Of a DNA stretch of 64,000 nucleotides, positions 1-14,461 are shown in pieces. Under the pieces are notes generated by a model. It was not told the origin of the DNA, made no database searches, and was given only the letters and a program-made list of their open reading frames with translations. Both the position numbers and the translations under genes were made by a program. The stretch covers positions 19,034,001 through 19,098,000 of the forward strand of contig CM022678.1 of the NCBI GenBank assembly GCA_012295275.1, given 5' to 3'. Within the stretch, counting starts at the first letter, position 1. Each line of letters begins with the position of its first letter. Source of the DNA: Chrysomallon squamiferum. Taxonomy: Eukaryota; Animalia; Mollusca.

Positions 1-255
1 ACTTGAATAAAATGCTGATTTAGAGAATCGTTTTCTGTTGTTATTGCTTTGTGTGTAATTGTGCCTCCAGGTCAGCGAATTGTGTTAATGATAAAATCTT
101 TGTATGCGAATAGTTTTTGGTAATTTTGTAATTTAGATTTGGCAGTGTAAGCTGTTTTAATTCATTCTATTTTTAAGTAGAGAGCTTTGTGTGAATGTAC
201 TGTTATCAGGTGAATGTCTACACCGACCTTTTGACCTTTTCATCTTAGTGTCTAT

Positions 256-313
<58 letters not shown>

Positions 314-960
314 TAATTGTAATTGTAATGATAAAACGAAAAAGAAATAGAACAACAATAAAAGTGACATCAGGTATGAGAATAACAATAATTAGAACCG
401 TAAAATGTGGCACTTTTTCTACTGCTACTATTACTACTACTACATCATTGATAATAACAACAACAAGAACAATAATGAGGTAATGAATATAATTTAAATT
501 TGAAAATTTTTTTTTTTCGTATTTAAAAGCGTTTCTATTTTAAAATACAGAATCAGTATGTAGGACTAAAACACTGCTACAACTACTACTGCTACTACTA
601 CTCCTACAACTACTTTTTATCCTGTAACTGCTGCAGTTCTACAACTATTTCTGCCACAACTACTGATGATAATAATGGTTGTTACGTAATTAAATAAAAA
701 TTAGCAGTATCCTGATTTGTTAAGGAATAACAATCCAGTCCACTTTCAAATCCTGATGATCTGAAAAAAATAAAAATAAATAAATAAATAAATAAAATCA
801 TATAATTGAACGAATCTGAGTATCAGTAGTACTGATGCGATGAATTGACAATAAATAAATATTAGAAAGATCGCTAGATGTAGATCGTCTAATAAACAGA
901 GAGACGTAGACAAGTTGGTTTTTCTGTCTTTTGTCATCGTTAAACAAAACCACATGAAAA

Positions 961-1082
<122 letters not shown>

Positions 1083-1541
1083 AAATACGTATTGAAAAAC
1101 ATATACGCCACAGAGACACAAAAGAACACAACTGTAATTCATATTTCTTTAATACACTTACACACTTTTTCCACTTTTGTTTTGCATTTTGGTCTTTCGA
1201 ACTTTCTTGAGAGCCATCCTACATTTAAAAACAAACAAACCACAAAAACGCGATACAATTAACTGAAAATAAAGATGAAAGAGAAGAAGAAAGAATTGAA
1301 GAAAGAATGAAAGACAGAAAAATGAGGAACAGTCTGATAACGATAATTTGAAAATATATTACACTTTCGTATTCATTCATTGACTCAATGTTTCATTTAT
1401 TTATTATTTAATGTATTCGTTAATTAAACCAATCGTTTATTCTTTAATTAGTTCGTTTCTTCATTCAATTATTCATTCTTTCGTTCACTGGTTATATCAT
1501 TCCGCAGAGGCAGTCTATGACATTAGTACTACTTTACTCAC

Positions 1542-1598
1542 CAGAAACAGTCAGCCTCACTTTCAGATTGTTCGTTTTATCTGCGCTGCCTTGACAGT
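1542..1598 (-). other. Putative 57-nt minus-strand exon (identical copy 32310..32366)
   Basis: ttctttttAG|ACTGTC...TTTCTG|GTGAGT gives strong splice signals. Identical between the duplicates while the flanks differ. Confidence 0.45.
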
Positions 1599-1618
1599 CT
1601 AAAAAGAAGAAAGCAATC

Positions 1619-1670
<52 letters not shown>

Positions 1671-2019
1671 TAATAATAATCGTAATAAGAAACAAAAACA
1701 GCCAAATTAGAGAGCAGTAGCAGCAACAGGACATAGAGTAATAGTTCTCGCAGTAGACTGGTAATGGTACTAGTAATATTAGTAGTAGTAGTGATACTAC
1801 TGGTAGTAGTGGTAGCAGTAGTAATAAGTTAGTTTTATTTTTATTCTAATGATCAACACAGTTCAAACTAATTAACAGCTTTAAACAACATGAAAATTAA
1901 AATTATTCACATAGTAGAAATGATACAGCAGCAACAACAATTGTGAAAAACATAAAATAATGAAAAAAATAACAGTAATAACAATAACAGAGTGACAATA
2001 ACGAAAACGACAACGATAA

Positions 2020-2057
<38 letters not shown>

Positions 2058-3389
2058 ATAATAATAATAATAATAATAATAATTATCATCAATATCGTCA
2101 GCACTGTCATCATCTTATTGTTTTTCATTTTCTTCTTTTTTTTCATTTTTTTCTTATGGTTGTTGTTGCTGAAGCTGCCGATTTTTAAATTTTCACTTCT
2201 TTTATTTTTACAAATAAAATAGTTATTTTATTAATAATTATTATTGTTTTGCTATTAATAAATAAATAAATTTAGTGTACAATATCAAAACTGTGCGTAA
2301 TGTTTCTAAAAGAACAGCGAAAACTTACCAATTCGATTCTGTCTAACAAAAAGTATCCTGGAAAAAGAAATGAATTAATACACCACCTTGAAAAATAAAT
2401 AAATGAATAAATAAATAAAATAAATAAATAAATAAATAAAAAGCACACAAAAGGAACAGATAAATATGTGAATGTAGGCATGTACATAGACAGGTATGCA
2501 AATATTTACGTAAACACAGTAATATTTATTTATTTATTTGAATATAATTACGTCTTTTTGTGTTTATAAATGTAAACTAAACGCTTTTGTTTTCTGATTT
2601 TTGTTTGTTTTGGTCGGTATAATTACTTACACAGAAGTAACCTACTTATTAATTTCAGCTTTTCTTTGAAATATATCAAACAAACCCATTTGTTTACTAA
2701 ATACCACTTTTGTTTGTTCACGTCATCGAAAGTGGTGTCTAGGATACGCGGTGACGTCATAATGTTTTGAACATACGTTGAAAGCTAATTAACCTTGCTT
2801 AGTTGAAGCTCTATTTAGTGTTCCTAATAACTTTTCTTAAATATAACTGATAGATGAGTGATAAATAAATAGAAACAATTTGTTTGATCTAAATAACTGC
2901 TACTGATATTTATATTTTTAGTAGAAACTTGAATTCAGGTTCGAACGAAACAGCGAGTTGTAACAAGAGTTATTGCCCTTCTCCATTCCGAATATTTCTT
3001 ACTATAAACACACTGAAATATAAATATAAATATAAATTGAACTAATATTTAAAAAGTAATAATAATACAAATACATTACTCTATCTAACATTACACTGAG
3101 GGAGATGTTTACTTTTGTTCAACCTTTAAGCTCGATAATCTGTGTGAGATTTGTGAAAAATAATCAAATTAGTAAAGATATAAACAAACAAACAAACAAA
3201 CAAATAAATAAATAAATAAATAAATAATTAATTAATTAATTAATTAACGACAGATTGTCTAGGCCGCTCGTTAAGCACATTTGTTGTTTCTAACTTGATT
3301 GCATAAGTATTTTTTAATACAATTTTAAATATATTCTTATTATTATTCTTTACACGTACACACATCAAGGACTCAGAAGCAAAAATATA

Positions 3390-3523
<134 letters not shown>

Positions 3524-3840
3524 TTTTCATGAGGAAAATGGGAAAAAAGATGGGAAAAGTATAAAACTGAAGGAAATATATAAATTTAAGAAGAATAATT
3601 ACGATCTCTAAACACTTAGTGATAATTTACATTTAATTATAATGGAATAATGATTTTAATGTATAATATTAAAAATATTGTGTTCATAATCTCACATACT
3701 AATATTAAAATTATTAGAATAATAAGATATAATAATATAAAAATGATATCATTCACAAACATTTATATTTTACCGGACTTTGGCGACAACAGAAATACAT
3801 ACTCACCTATATCAGTCTGTAAAATCGAGGGTTTTCTTTA

Positions 3841-3872
<32 letters not shown>

Positions 3873-4084
3873 AATAATAAATGCATACATACATACATAC
3901 ATACATACATAAAGTGAACAATTTTAATTTAGTGGAAAAGTTTATGCATGTGGCTATTCAGTACGGCTGGACCTTTAATAAATATAATGGTAATCTTGAT
4001 GTTTATGTCGACCTTACCTGTAAATTAATTTTCTGTTATTCTGTAAAGGAAACATTTATTTATCGATTTATTTTTATTTTTAAT

Positions 4085-4165
4085 TGAGATCGTCTTCGAG
4101 TGGGTACGCATGCGCATTCAGTTCACTGGTACCCATTTATCACTGCTTGAAAGAAAAGTAAGACA
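4085..4165 (+). promoter_or_regulatory. Putative captured housekeeping-type promoter and 5' non-coding exon (also 34746-34826)
   Basis: Locally CpG-richer patch with NRF1-like CGCATGCGCA (4107-4116), then a donor-like aaaa|gtaaga just upstream of the SMNDC1 coding exon. Confidence 0.4.
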
Positions 4166-4248
4166 CATGTGGAAAAGGAACAAAATCAGACGACACCGGT
4201 TTTGAAACATTATGTTGAAATTTTACATTAGATTATGCTGGAATCACA

Positions 4249-5014
4249 CTGGCAGACAACGAACAAGAAAATTTGAAGACCTATAAAATCCAGTTACAAC
4301 AGGTAATCAAAAATACACGAACCTCCAGTACGTTCGAAATAATTTTGGTGAAAGAGACTTTGTTATAGCGGTTGTCTCTGTTTCCGATATGGCTATAATA
4401 TCGTATCATCAAAAGTAAATTGTATGAGACTCACAATATTCTCTATTTTGTGTTAATTTGTCATATACATCAATGGACAAGATATAATGACATTTTTAAT
4501 GATTATGAATAATTTAGTCTAGTTAAATTAAAAAAGAATATTTTAAACTGAATATATCCACATGCATTATTCAAAATTGCCTCCCCCCTCCTTTTTTTTC
4601 TCTTTTATATCTGTAGAGTTTGACAATGGAAAAATATTAGTGTATTAGTTACTTGAAAATATAAATTAATTTGAAATTAGATTTGCTAAAACCCATAAGG
4701 GTAACATTTTATTCCTTAACAGAACTGATGAAATGTAACACTTCTTGATGAAAGAACCAGAATTAAAAGGAATGTTTTCATTTTTAAATATATATATATA
4801 TATATATGAGATATATGAATAATGAGATATACACACATTATGCTATTTTTGTTAATTCTAATATACTGCTGTACATCTCATAAATGTTTTGTGTTAAATA
4901 TAATTTTTTTCCCTTTTCTTAAACACTATTTACATGTTGTGATTTCAGGTTGAGGCCACACTTACCACTGATCCAGAAAATGAAGACCTTCTCAAACTGA
5001 AGCGAGACCTTCAG
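4249..5014 (+). pseudogene. SMNDC1: SMNDC1/SPF30 N-terminal exons 4249..4302 and 4949..5014 (gene fragment), copy A
   Basis: Spliced (L)ADNEQENLKTYKIQLQQ|VEATLTTDPENEDLLKLKRDLQ matches the SPF30 N-terminus (YKAQLQQVEAAL...ENEDLLKLKKDLQ). Phase-0 GT-AG boundaries. The expected ATG reads CTG, and no Tudor-domain exons were found downstream. Confidence 0.8.
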
Positions 5015-6114
5015 GTGGGTTCTCTGCCCTTACCTGACACAGGTTAAGAAAATATCTTGATACCGAGGTTTTGTAAACTAATATTATCAAAAAATTGGTT
5101 CTGGAAAACCGAGTTTAATGTTCACATTTTTACTGCTTAAATATATCATATATTTAAACCGAAATATTAAAATACAACATTTTGTTGTCCTTAACTTGCA
5201 ATATCAGCATTATTTTGAAGCAGAAATTTAATTTTTTAATATTTATTTCTGTAGCAATAGACTTCACTTTCACTAAAGAAATAGAGTGAAAAAAATAAAA
5301 GCAATATCAAGAAAACTGAAAAAGAAATAACAAATACTTAAAATATTTGATCGGTATAATTTTTATAAATAGAGGATTGAAAATTATTTATATTATTTTA
5401 ACCCTTGGTTTGACTGAAATTTTACTGAGCCTGTCCTGGGTAAATTTCTTTTCTGTTTTAAATATTATTACAATTGATTTTTTTAATTGTGATTTTTACC
5501 TCACCGGTTCTTAATGATGTTTATAAAACACCATGTTTATTTATTTGTTTATGGTTTTGTTTTCATTTTCATTTTATTTTGATTTCATTCTTTATTTAAT
5601 TTAAAGCACTGTCAGTGTAGAAGATGGGAAGTTTTAGCAAATTAAGGTTGCTTTTTTATTTTTTATTATTTTTTTTTAACTTTCATACACTTTAGTATTT
5701 TGTGATTTATTATTTGCTCCCATTAAGTTATTTTTTTCTTTAATTTCAACCAATTGTAAAATAATTCAGTGAGATTTTATAATAAACCACAATGAAAAAA
5801 TAATCAATATAGAACAAGAATTAACTGCCAAGTAGCAGTTTTGTCTTTTAAAACTTATCATCACAATGAAATACTTTATCATTTCTCTTGCTTTTATTAG
5901 CTGGTTAACAGAATCACTGAAAGGAAGAAATCCCTATTGGAAATGAATCTGAAGATAATGACACATTATATAGAAAAAACAAAATAGTACGTATACAGAA
6001 AGCAGGAAAGAATTGAATATATTTGTCTGTTTAACATTTTGTTGAGTTTTCTGCCTCAGTGAGAATGAATAGTGAATTATTTATATTGTGTTATTATTTT
6101 TGATATGTTTCCAG

Positions 6115-6196
6115 GAGCTCAGGTTGCTACAAGTTTGTTGCAGGAATGGACAAATGATGTCCAAGCCAAGACAGTCAACTGGCAGTCACCTCTGCA
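6115..6196 (+). pseudogene. Isolated ankyrin-like exon (second copy 36782..36863)
   Basis: ttccag|...|gtatgt boundaries. Reads AQVATSLLQEWTNDVQAKTVNWQSPL(H/Q), resembling the ankyrin linker LL..gaDVnAk....tPLH. Confidence 0.4.
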
Positions 6197-7975
6197 GTAT
6201 GTTACACATGTTTTATAATGGTGGACAGAAATAGTTCCTTACATTTAAGATCTGATCTTGTTCTTATACTGTCAGCCCCTGTTTTATGATGACTGAGACA
6301 TACAGCAGTTTTGAATTTAGACAAAAAAGAAGAAAAAGTATATTTAAAAATTAATAATAATAATAATTAAAAAAACCAAAAAAGAAAATGAAAAAGAAAA
6401 AAAAAAACATTTTTCAAATATTAATTTTAGTTGTGAAAACAAATTATATTAATATTGTTTAATTAAATAATAGCTGTATGTATCATACACACTCCATTTA
6501 CATTATATAACTGTTCAGTTTTGCACCAATTCAGTTTACAAAACTGCTATGTGAAGACAATAACAGCATTAAACAAGGGTTGCATATACATATGTATAGA
6601 CTTAAAAACAAAAAAATAATAATAATAAATACCCTCCTGTCAGAGATACATAATTATAATATACAAATATAAATGCCAGACAGGTAAAAGATCATGCATA
6701 AACTAGTTATATATCATAGAATAAGTGAACTTTGATGTGTTAATCAGTATAAAGCATGGTGTATTTATTAGATGTATAAAAGTGCTTTCACTTCACTGTA
6801 CTGTTTAGAAATCTTCTTGATCCAAACATTTTGTCTTTAGAATAGCAGTCTGTTATTATTATCATCATTATTATCAATTTAATAAACATGATTATATATA
6901 ATACAAGACGTGTGATAAAGCTATATGAATATGATCCTTGTATATTACTGTTATGAGAGATACAATTCCTTTTCTTTAATAGATCATCTTTGAAATATTT
7001 TAAAATGAAATAAGTATTATTGTCAAAATTGAGCTTTATTTCATTCCTTCACAGTGAATTTTACAAAAATTGGTCTAAGAAAAATGAAATTTAGTGGTTT
7101 TAAATGAACTATCACGTACTTAATCTCCTCCATTCTGTCTTAACATTTCGATATGCGTTCATTTAAGTTAGCATTAAAATATAAATTGGTTTCATGAATA
7201 GCCTGTTGATATGTAAAATAATAATTGCAAGGATTTTTGATAAAGAAATACACAAGCAGCAAACAACATGACAAATTATCACATAAAATCAAAATTCAGC
7301 TTAGCTCGGTAATGATCAAATCAAGTAAATCAGTCGGAAAGCTTTTTGGAACCAGTAAAATTTAGATAGCCTAAGTTGAATTTTTCTGAGCATTATAACT
7401 CAACAACAACACACAAAAAAAAAAAAAAAAAAAGAATTATAAATAAATAATAATAAAATAAGTATATTAATAGTAATAATAATAAGAACTACAAATAAAT
7501 AAATAATAAAGTCCCATGATATTTTTGATCTTGCTTTACAAACAAGCACATTTTATTTAATATTTAAACCTACACACAATAATAAAATAAGAATAGTATT
7601 TCACTTGAATAATTATATATATATATAAATAATTTTTCAATGTAACAAAGGTAATTTTAATACATGTAATACTTCACTAAGAAAAAAATACAGTTTAGTT
7701 AATATTATATTAAATTAATGAATTTAAAAAATAAAATAAAATTGAACTGATATATTTTTATAGAAGAAAAAAAACCCAAAACTATGTTGTTGCATTTTAA
7801 ATTGCTTAATTAAAAATTTCAAATTCTACACCAAAAGTATTCTTTTAATAAAATTATAAATGGTTTATATTTGTCAGTTTTCCTATTCAGATTTATTTTT
7901 TACAGATTAATCACAGTTCATGAAGAAAAGACTTTAAAAAGCCAAAGATGGCAAATGGATGAAATTAATCTGATT

Positions 7976-8175
7976 NNNNNNNNNNNNNNNNNNNNNNNNN
8001 NNNNNNNNNNNNNNNNNNNNNNNNNNNNNNNNNNNNNNNNNNNNNNNNNNNNNNNNNNNNNNNNNNNNNNNNNNNNNNNNNNNNNNNNNNNNNNNNNNNN
8101 NNNNNNNNNNNNNNNNNNNNNNNNNNNNNNNNNNNNNNNNNNNNNNNNNNNNNNNNNNNNNNNNNNNNNNNNNNN
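7976..8175. other. Assembly gap (200 N)
   Basis: Run of exactly 200 N, consistent with a fixed-size scaffolding gap. Confidence 0.99.
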
Positions 8176-9068
8176 AACATCTAATGATGACAATTCTGTT
8201 TTACACGCAGCATCTGAACATGGAAATATAGAAATTGTGACTGCACTGATTGAAAAAGGTATTGATGTAAATATCAAAAACAGCCATGGTGCAACTCCTC
8301 TTTTTACAGCTGTTCTGTATAAACAGAACAAAATAGTTTTGTATTTACTGGAACATGGAGCTGATCCAATTTTTCCTGTTCTGTTTTACACCTAGCAGCT
8401 GAGTAGACAAATTCGGAAATTGTGACAGCACTGATTGAAAAAGGTGCTGATGTAAATACTAAAAACAGCTTATGTGAAACTCCTCTTTTTACAGCTTCTC
8501 TCTATGGACAGAACAAAGTAGTTTTGTCTTTACTGGAACATGGAGGTGATCCTAATTTAACACGCAATGATGATAATTCAGTTTTATGTGTAGCATCTGA
8601 ACATGGAAACATAGAAATTGTGACAGCACTAACTGGAAGGGGCGTTCATATAAACATTAAAATCCGTGATGTTGAAACTCCTCTTTTGACAGCTGTTGAA
8701 CATGTAAATATAGAAATTCTGACTGCACTCACTGAAAAAAGGTCTGGATGTAAAAATTAAAAACAACCAAGGTGAAACTCCTATTCTGTCTGAACAGAAC
8801 AAAGTTGTTTTGTATTTACTGTTGAAGAGGAGCTGATCCTAAATTAAAAGCCAATGATAACAGTTTTGTTTTACACCTAGCAGCTGGACAGCGTAATACG
8901 GAAAGTGTGACAGCATTGATTGAAAAAGGTGTTGATGTAAATGTTATTAATTCCAGTGGTGAAACTCGTCTTGACAGAGCTAAGAGTTGCAGATTTCCTC
9001 TTATCAAACAGGATACTGTTTTGTATTTACTGGATCATATTGTAACAGATAAATATATTTTGATATAA
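8176..9068 (+). pseudogene. Disrupted ankyrin-repeat coding segment (about 8-9 repeats)
   Basis: SVLHAASEHGNIEIVTALIEKGIDVN and TPLFTA...QNKVVLYLLEHGADP repeats. Frameshifts or stops near 8370-8406, 8740 and 8820. The 5' end is lost in the gap. Confidence 0.85.
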
Positions 9069-10770
9069 AAAAACCTGAACTTTTCAACCTACACAGACTC
9101 ACTTTTAAGTGGAAGATTATCTAGTGAGAATATTTTAAAATTAAGCAAAAATAATATTTTAGTATGAAATTGATGTTCATAATAAACAGAAAAGCTGTTT
9201 GGAAGAAATCTAAATTTTGTTGTAATTTCTCTGGTACAAAGTTGATTTTAATTGAAATATTCTATTAATGTATGGTGTTGTTTTTGTTTTGTTTTTCTGT
9301 ACCAATATTGAATAACCCCTTACTGTACAGTCTGCTAAATATAGTGTTTGGTGTATTTTTTTGTTTCCATACAAATATTGTATTAGCATATTGTGTAATT
9401 TATTGTAGTTATACAAATAACATATGGTAAAGAGTCTATTGTGGCTATTCAAATATTGTATTAGTGTGTGGTGTAGGTTTTGTTTCTGTACACATATTGT
9501 ATTACCATATTGTATCATCTATTCTACCTATTCAAATATTGCATAATATAAGGCATAGTATTTGTTTCTATACAAATTTTATATAAACCTATTGTAGTAT
9601 TTTGTGTCTATTAAAATATTGTTACAGTTGTACATTTTTTTTTGTTTCTATTGAAATATTTTGTTGTCTATTGTATTTGTAAACAGGAAGAAAAAATATT
9701 GTATGAAATTTTCTCTTGATTTTTAATTGCAATCAAAATAAACTTTTAATAGGTAATGCATTTGATGCAATTATTTACAGGAGTATTTTTGACAAACATG
9801 TAATTTAAACATTATTGAACATTTTCTGTACCATTTCTTCGTTTAACTTGCACCAGTTTCCTCGATTCCCGCCATCCCTTTCACAAATTCGGGGGAGACC
9901 ACTGTGATAACTTGATTATTACATGGGTTCCTATTAGACTGCTCAAGTGTGAAGATAAATGTTATGAAAGAAAACTATAATTAAAATTATGTTTTACTGA
10001 TAAGTGCAAAACTTTTGATATATGTTGTTTTGTATTTTTTTTTTGATAAGAAAAGTTCTGTGTTACTAAATAGTTTACTGTGTTTATACTAAAGTAAAGC
10101 TGTATATTAATATCTAAGATTTTATTTGTTTTTTCACTTTATAAAATCGTTCTTTAATACTAAGTTAATGTTTTACTATGTTGATACTGAGTAAACTGGT
10201 ATTTTCATTTTCACTTTATATACATTTTTATTTTACAAAATTACTATGTTTACTGTGTTTATACTAAGTAAAGATGTATATTAATGTTGTTAAAGTTTTT
10301 TATTTTTTTATTTATTTTTTGTTTTTGACTTTACAAAATTGTTCTGTAATACTAAGTGAATGTTTTACTATGTTCATCCTGATTATTCTGCTATATTCAT
10401 TTTTAATTTATATACATTTTTGTTTTATAAAATGGTTCACTAGTACTAAATATTCGTATTATAGTATTATAATTTTAAATATAAGATATGTATATTTTTC
10501 TTTTATAAAATGTTTTTTCCTCATGTTTTTAATAAATAAATTTGAATTTTAAAGTAAAATGTAATGTTATATATGCATACACACATGTATTTAGTCTGCT
10601 TTTTACTGTTACTTTGATTTGTTATCTGCATTTTTTTTTCTCATTAATCAGGAGATTTGTTGATGTAATGTTTGCATTTTGCTAAATTTCATTAGAAAAT
10701 AGAGAATGACAAAATTTGTAAAGCAAATGTAAGTTTTCGTTGTGAATCAATTAGTTATTGGGATGAACTA

Positions 10771-10849
<79 letters not shown>

Positions 10850-11091
10850 GAATTATTTTGAGGAATATATTGGACTTTATATTTCATTGAATTATTATTG
10901 TTATTATTGTTGTTGTTGTTATTATTATTACTTTTTCTTATTTTTATTTTTTTATTTTACTATTTTGGTTTGTCTTCATGTTTCTTTTAATTCTTGAAGA
11001 TATTATTCTATGCATAATATGGTTTTGCTATTTAACTAATTTTTTCAATAGGATGTAGTATAGAAAAGTAATTTTATATTGTTTTCGTTCC

Positions 11092-11125
<34 letters not shown>

Positions 11126-13519
11126 TATTATTATTTTATGATTAACTACTAATGAATCAAAACAGTTTTATTTCTGTTATAATTTACTGTTGTCTGTTTT
11201 TACAATTACACAAAATAAAAATAAAAATATATTGTGTAATGTTTTAACTTTGCTTGTTATGCCATTGTTACATAAACGATGTATGAAATGTGACAGTTTC
11301 TGTATATTTTTAGTATATATTTTAAATATATATCTTTATTAATACTTGGCTGTTACTTACAATTAATGTTTTCATACACTTATTTTATCGTTATACATAT
11401 TTAATATATTTAGATATACTATTGCTGTTATTGTTATTGTTAATTTGGAATCTGTACAATTATTTCTTTCTCTTTATATATACATGTGTGTGTGTGTGAA
11501 TATATATTTTTAACTACATATTTTTTTTCTTATTTAATTTGGTAGAAATTGTTTATTACCTTTATTTTGTGCATCAACTAACTTTAGATCAAACTTCAGA
11601 TTACTGTTTTATAATTAACTGTATCTTTAAATAATGGAGTGTCTCCCATTTGTTACAAATCCAACTGTTACACATCCAGTTGTTACATTTGTTACAGATT
11701 CAGTTGTTACACAATCGTTGGTATGATTTATTAAGTCAACTCTTATAATATTAGTGTAATAGTCAGTGGTGACCAAGTGTTTTTTCATTTATTTAGTTAT
11801 AAATACAATAATAATAAAGAATAAAAAATAAAATAAAATAAAATAAATTACTTAATACAATAATAATATTGTTGAGATTAGTGACTTTCCAGTATGACTG
11901 CTTTAAATTGCTTTGTTTATTTATTTATTTTTCATTTTTATTATTTATTTATTTATTTATTATTATTATTTTTTTTTATTTTTATGACTTCTGATAAATT
12001 CTAGTAGAGAACAATTGCGTAATTATTTCCTTACCTGTTTGGGGTAACAGCTGGGAAGATTAGTCTAGATAAAGAGCATTTGATTACCAGTTCACTCAGT
12101 CTGTGTTACTGTTGTAACAAATAGGATGATAACCATAACAGTACCCCTCGATTGTAAATGTCCATTAAACTGCTAATGTTTTAAAATAACATTTATTATT
12201 AAGATGGACTGTATTGTAAATCCACTGACAGTTAACATAATAAATATATTTTACAAGTGGTAATGACTTTCGTTTTCTCTATTAGATTAAGTAAATTTCC
12301 TGTATTGTTCAAGAAAAACACACTGCAATGGAATAATGTATTGCAATGAATTCACTAGTGATGTAGTTTTACAAACCAATCTAATAATGAACTCATCCAT
12401 TAAAAGGAAATTGTGGAAATGTTATCAGAAAACAGAGGCGTAGTTTATTATGATAATTTCATCATACAGGGTAATAAATAAATTATTCATATCTATTTTT
12501 GTTTTCCTGTCCATATTTCCTGGACATCTTTCTGTTCTTTAGTATGATTCAGAGTATGTTCTCTAGGGTTGGTGTAGAATATCATAAATGTAATTTTTGT
12601 TATGTTTCAGTGAGCACCTTTGTTTTCGGTGTTAGATGGGACAGATGGTTATGTGAGAATACTTTGATAAAAATAATCTGACTCTTAAAACAACTTTCAC
12701 ATTGTGTTGTTTCACAACTCAAATTCTCAGTTTACTGTAACGTCTTTGTAACACTTGTTTTATTAGTCACTAAGGCTGCTCAACATTTTTCCAGGTAAAC
12801 ATTACAATAAAGTTAACACAAGTATCACTCTTGCGATCTGTTTAAATATCTAGACAATTTAGCACTGTTTTGTTTGTATTTTTGTTTTACTTATTTATTT
12901 ATTTATTATCATTATTGTTGTTGTTGTTGTTGCTGTTGTTGTCGTTGTTGAGGACATTTATCAAATCAAATTTAACACGGATTAAGTATTCCTTTTAGGA
13001 GAGGTAAATGTTTGTGATTATAGCAACTACTTCACTGATTATGTTTACCTGTCTTGGTACAAATAAAATGAATGGTGAAATAAAATTCTTTAATTAATTT
13101 TACACACATTTAATCCACTTAAGTGTGGTGACCTCAGAAACATCGGTTAGGACAAAAGTGGGCGACACTGAGGGCAGTTACACATCAGACACGAGTGTTT
13201 CCTCACCACTATTTTTATAAATAATGTGATGGCCAGGGTACGGGTAGGGTGAACATTAGCGTTAAACATCTGTTTACCTCAACAGATTTTTTGTCTAAAA
13301 CTTAACATTTTTTATGAAGAAAGTTCGGATAAAATTGTAAAAGTTTTATTTAAAAAAAAAATAATAATTATAACTTAGAACGTTAACAATGAGTTTTAAG
13401 GTAAGTCTTTAAAAAAAGATTTATTTCAAAATATTAAGTTTGAAAAGTGTTAGGATAATGTTTAAAATATGATTTATATTAACAGAGTCTTAATTTATCA
13501 TATTTTAATAAATAACGTA

Positions 13520-13865
13520 ATGGCTAAGATTAGGTTTAAGGTTACAATTATGGTTTGTATTAGTGTTAGGGTAAGATTTAAATGTGTTGATATGAATTAG
13601 GATAAAAATGAAAACAAAAAATGTTTTTATTTAAAAAAAATGAACTTCGGAAAGTCGAAGATGAGTGTTAGGACTTTGGATAAAAAATTTGAAAGTTAAC
13701 AGTGAGTGTTAGGATAAAATTTTAAAACAAGTTGTATTAAGATAACTATTAGGGTTATGGTTTGGGTTAGTGTTATGGTTACAGTAAGGGTTACGATTAA
13801 AGTTAGGGCAAGGGCTAGGACAAGGACAACGGTTCGGGCTAGAGTTAGCCCTAGGATTACGGTTT
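13520..13865. repeat. Degenerate TTAGGG-like hexamer tract
   Basis: tagggttatggtttgggttagtgttatggttacagtaagggttacg...ttagggcaagggctagg shows 6-bp periodicity. Confidence 0.6.
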
Positions 13866-14430
13866 ATTAATTCAAATCAATGCGATGAATGAAATTCCTA
13901 GCTGCTCTGTTGTGGGATTTATATCGTCGTCTGTGATTAAGTAAATCGTAACAATATTTACTTTACTTCTGTTTTAAATATGTTTATAATGCACTCTTTG
14001 TTTACGTAACAAGATTACTATGAATTTAAAAAGAATTGAAAAAAAAGAGATAAAAACAATAATGGCATATAACAAATGAGTTCATGATAATATACTCTGG
14101 TTTATATGACATCATACAGTAATAAATTCATTAGGGCAAATGTCTAATTTTGACATAACATTATCATGAATTTAAGATGATTTTCAGTTTTTATGAATTT
14201 CTTTTTAATTTTCTTTATATATTTTTTATTTGTAACAAGACTGAGAGAGATGTTTTGGAAAAACATTAAATAATTTACTTAAAATGTGTTATGAATTTAA
14301 AATACAAATAAATACTTTATTTGAACTAAATATTGTAAATATATATAACAAATATATATGTGTGTGTGTGTATACACACGTACACACACAGACAGACACA
14401 ACAATCTCATTGCTGTTATAATAATAATAA

Positions 14431-14461
<31 letters not shown>

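Noticed and set aside
7871-8395. 174-aa ORF spanning the gap
   Set aside because: Artefact of reading through Ns. The two sides need not be adjacent or in frame.
9855-9910. GC-richer patch resembling a DNA transposon end (minus strand CAGTGGTCTCCCCCG)
   Set aside because: No partner inverted repeat or target-site duplication found.
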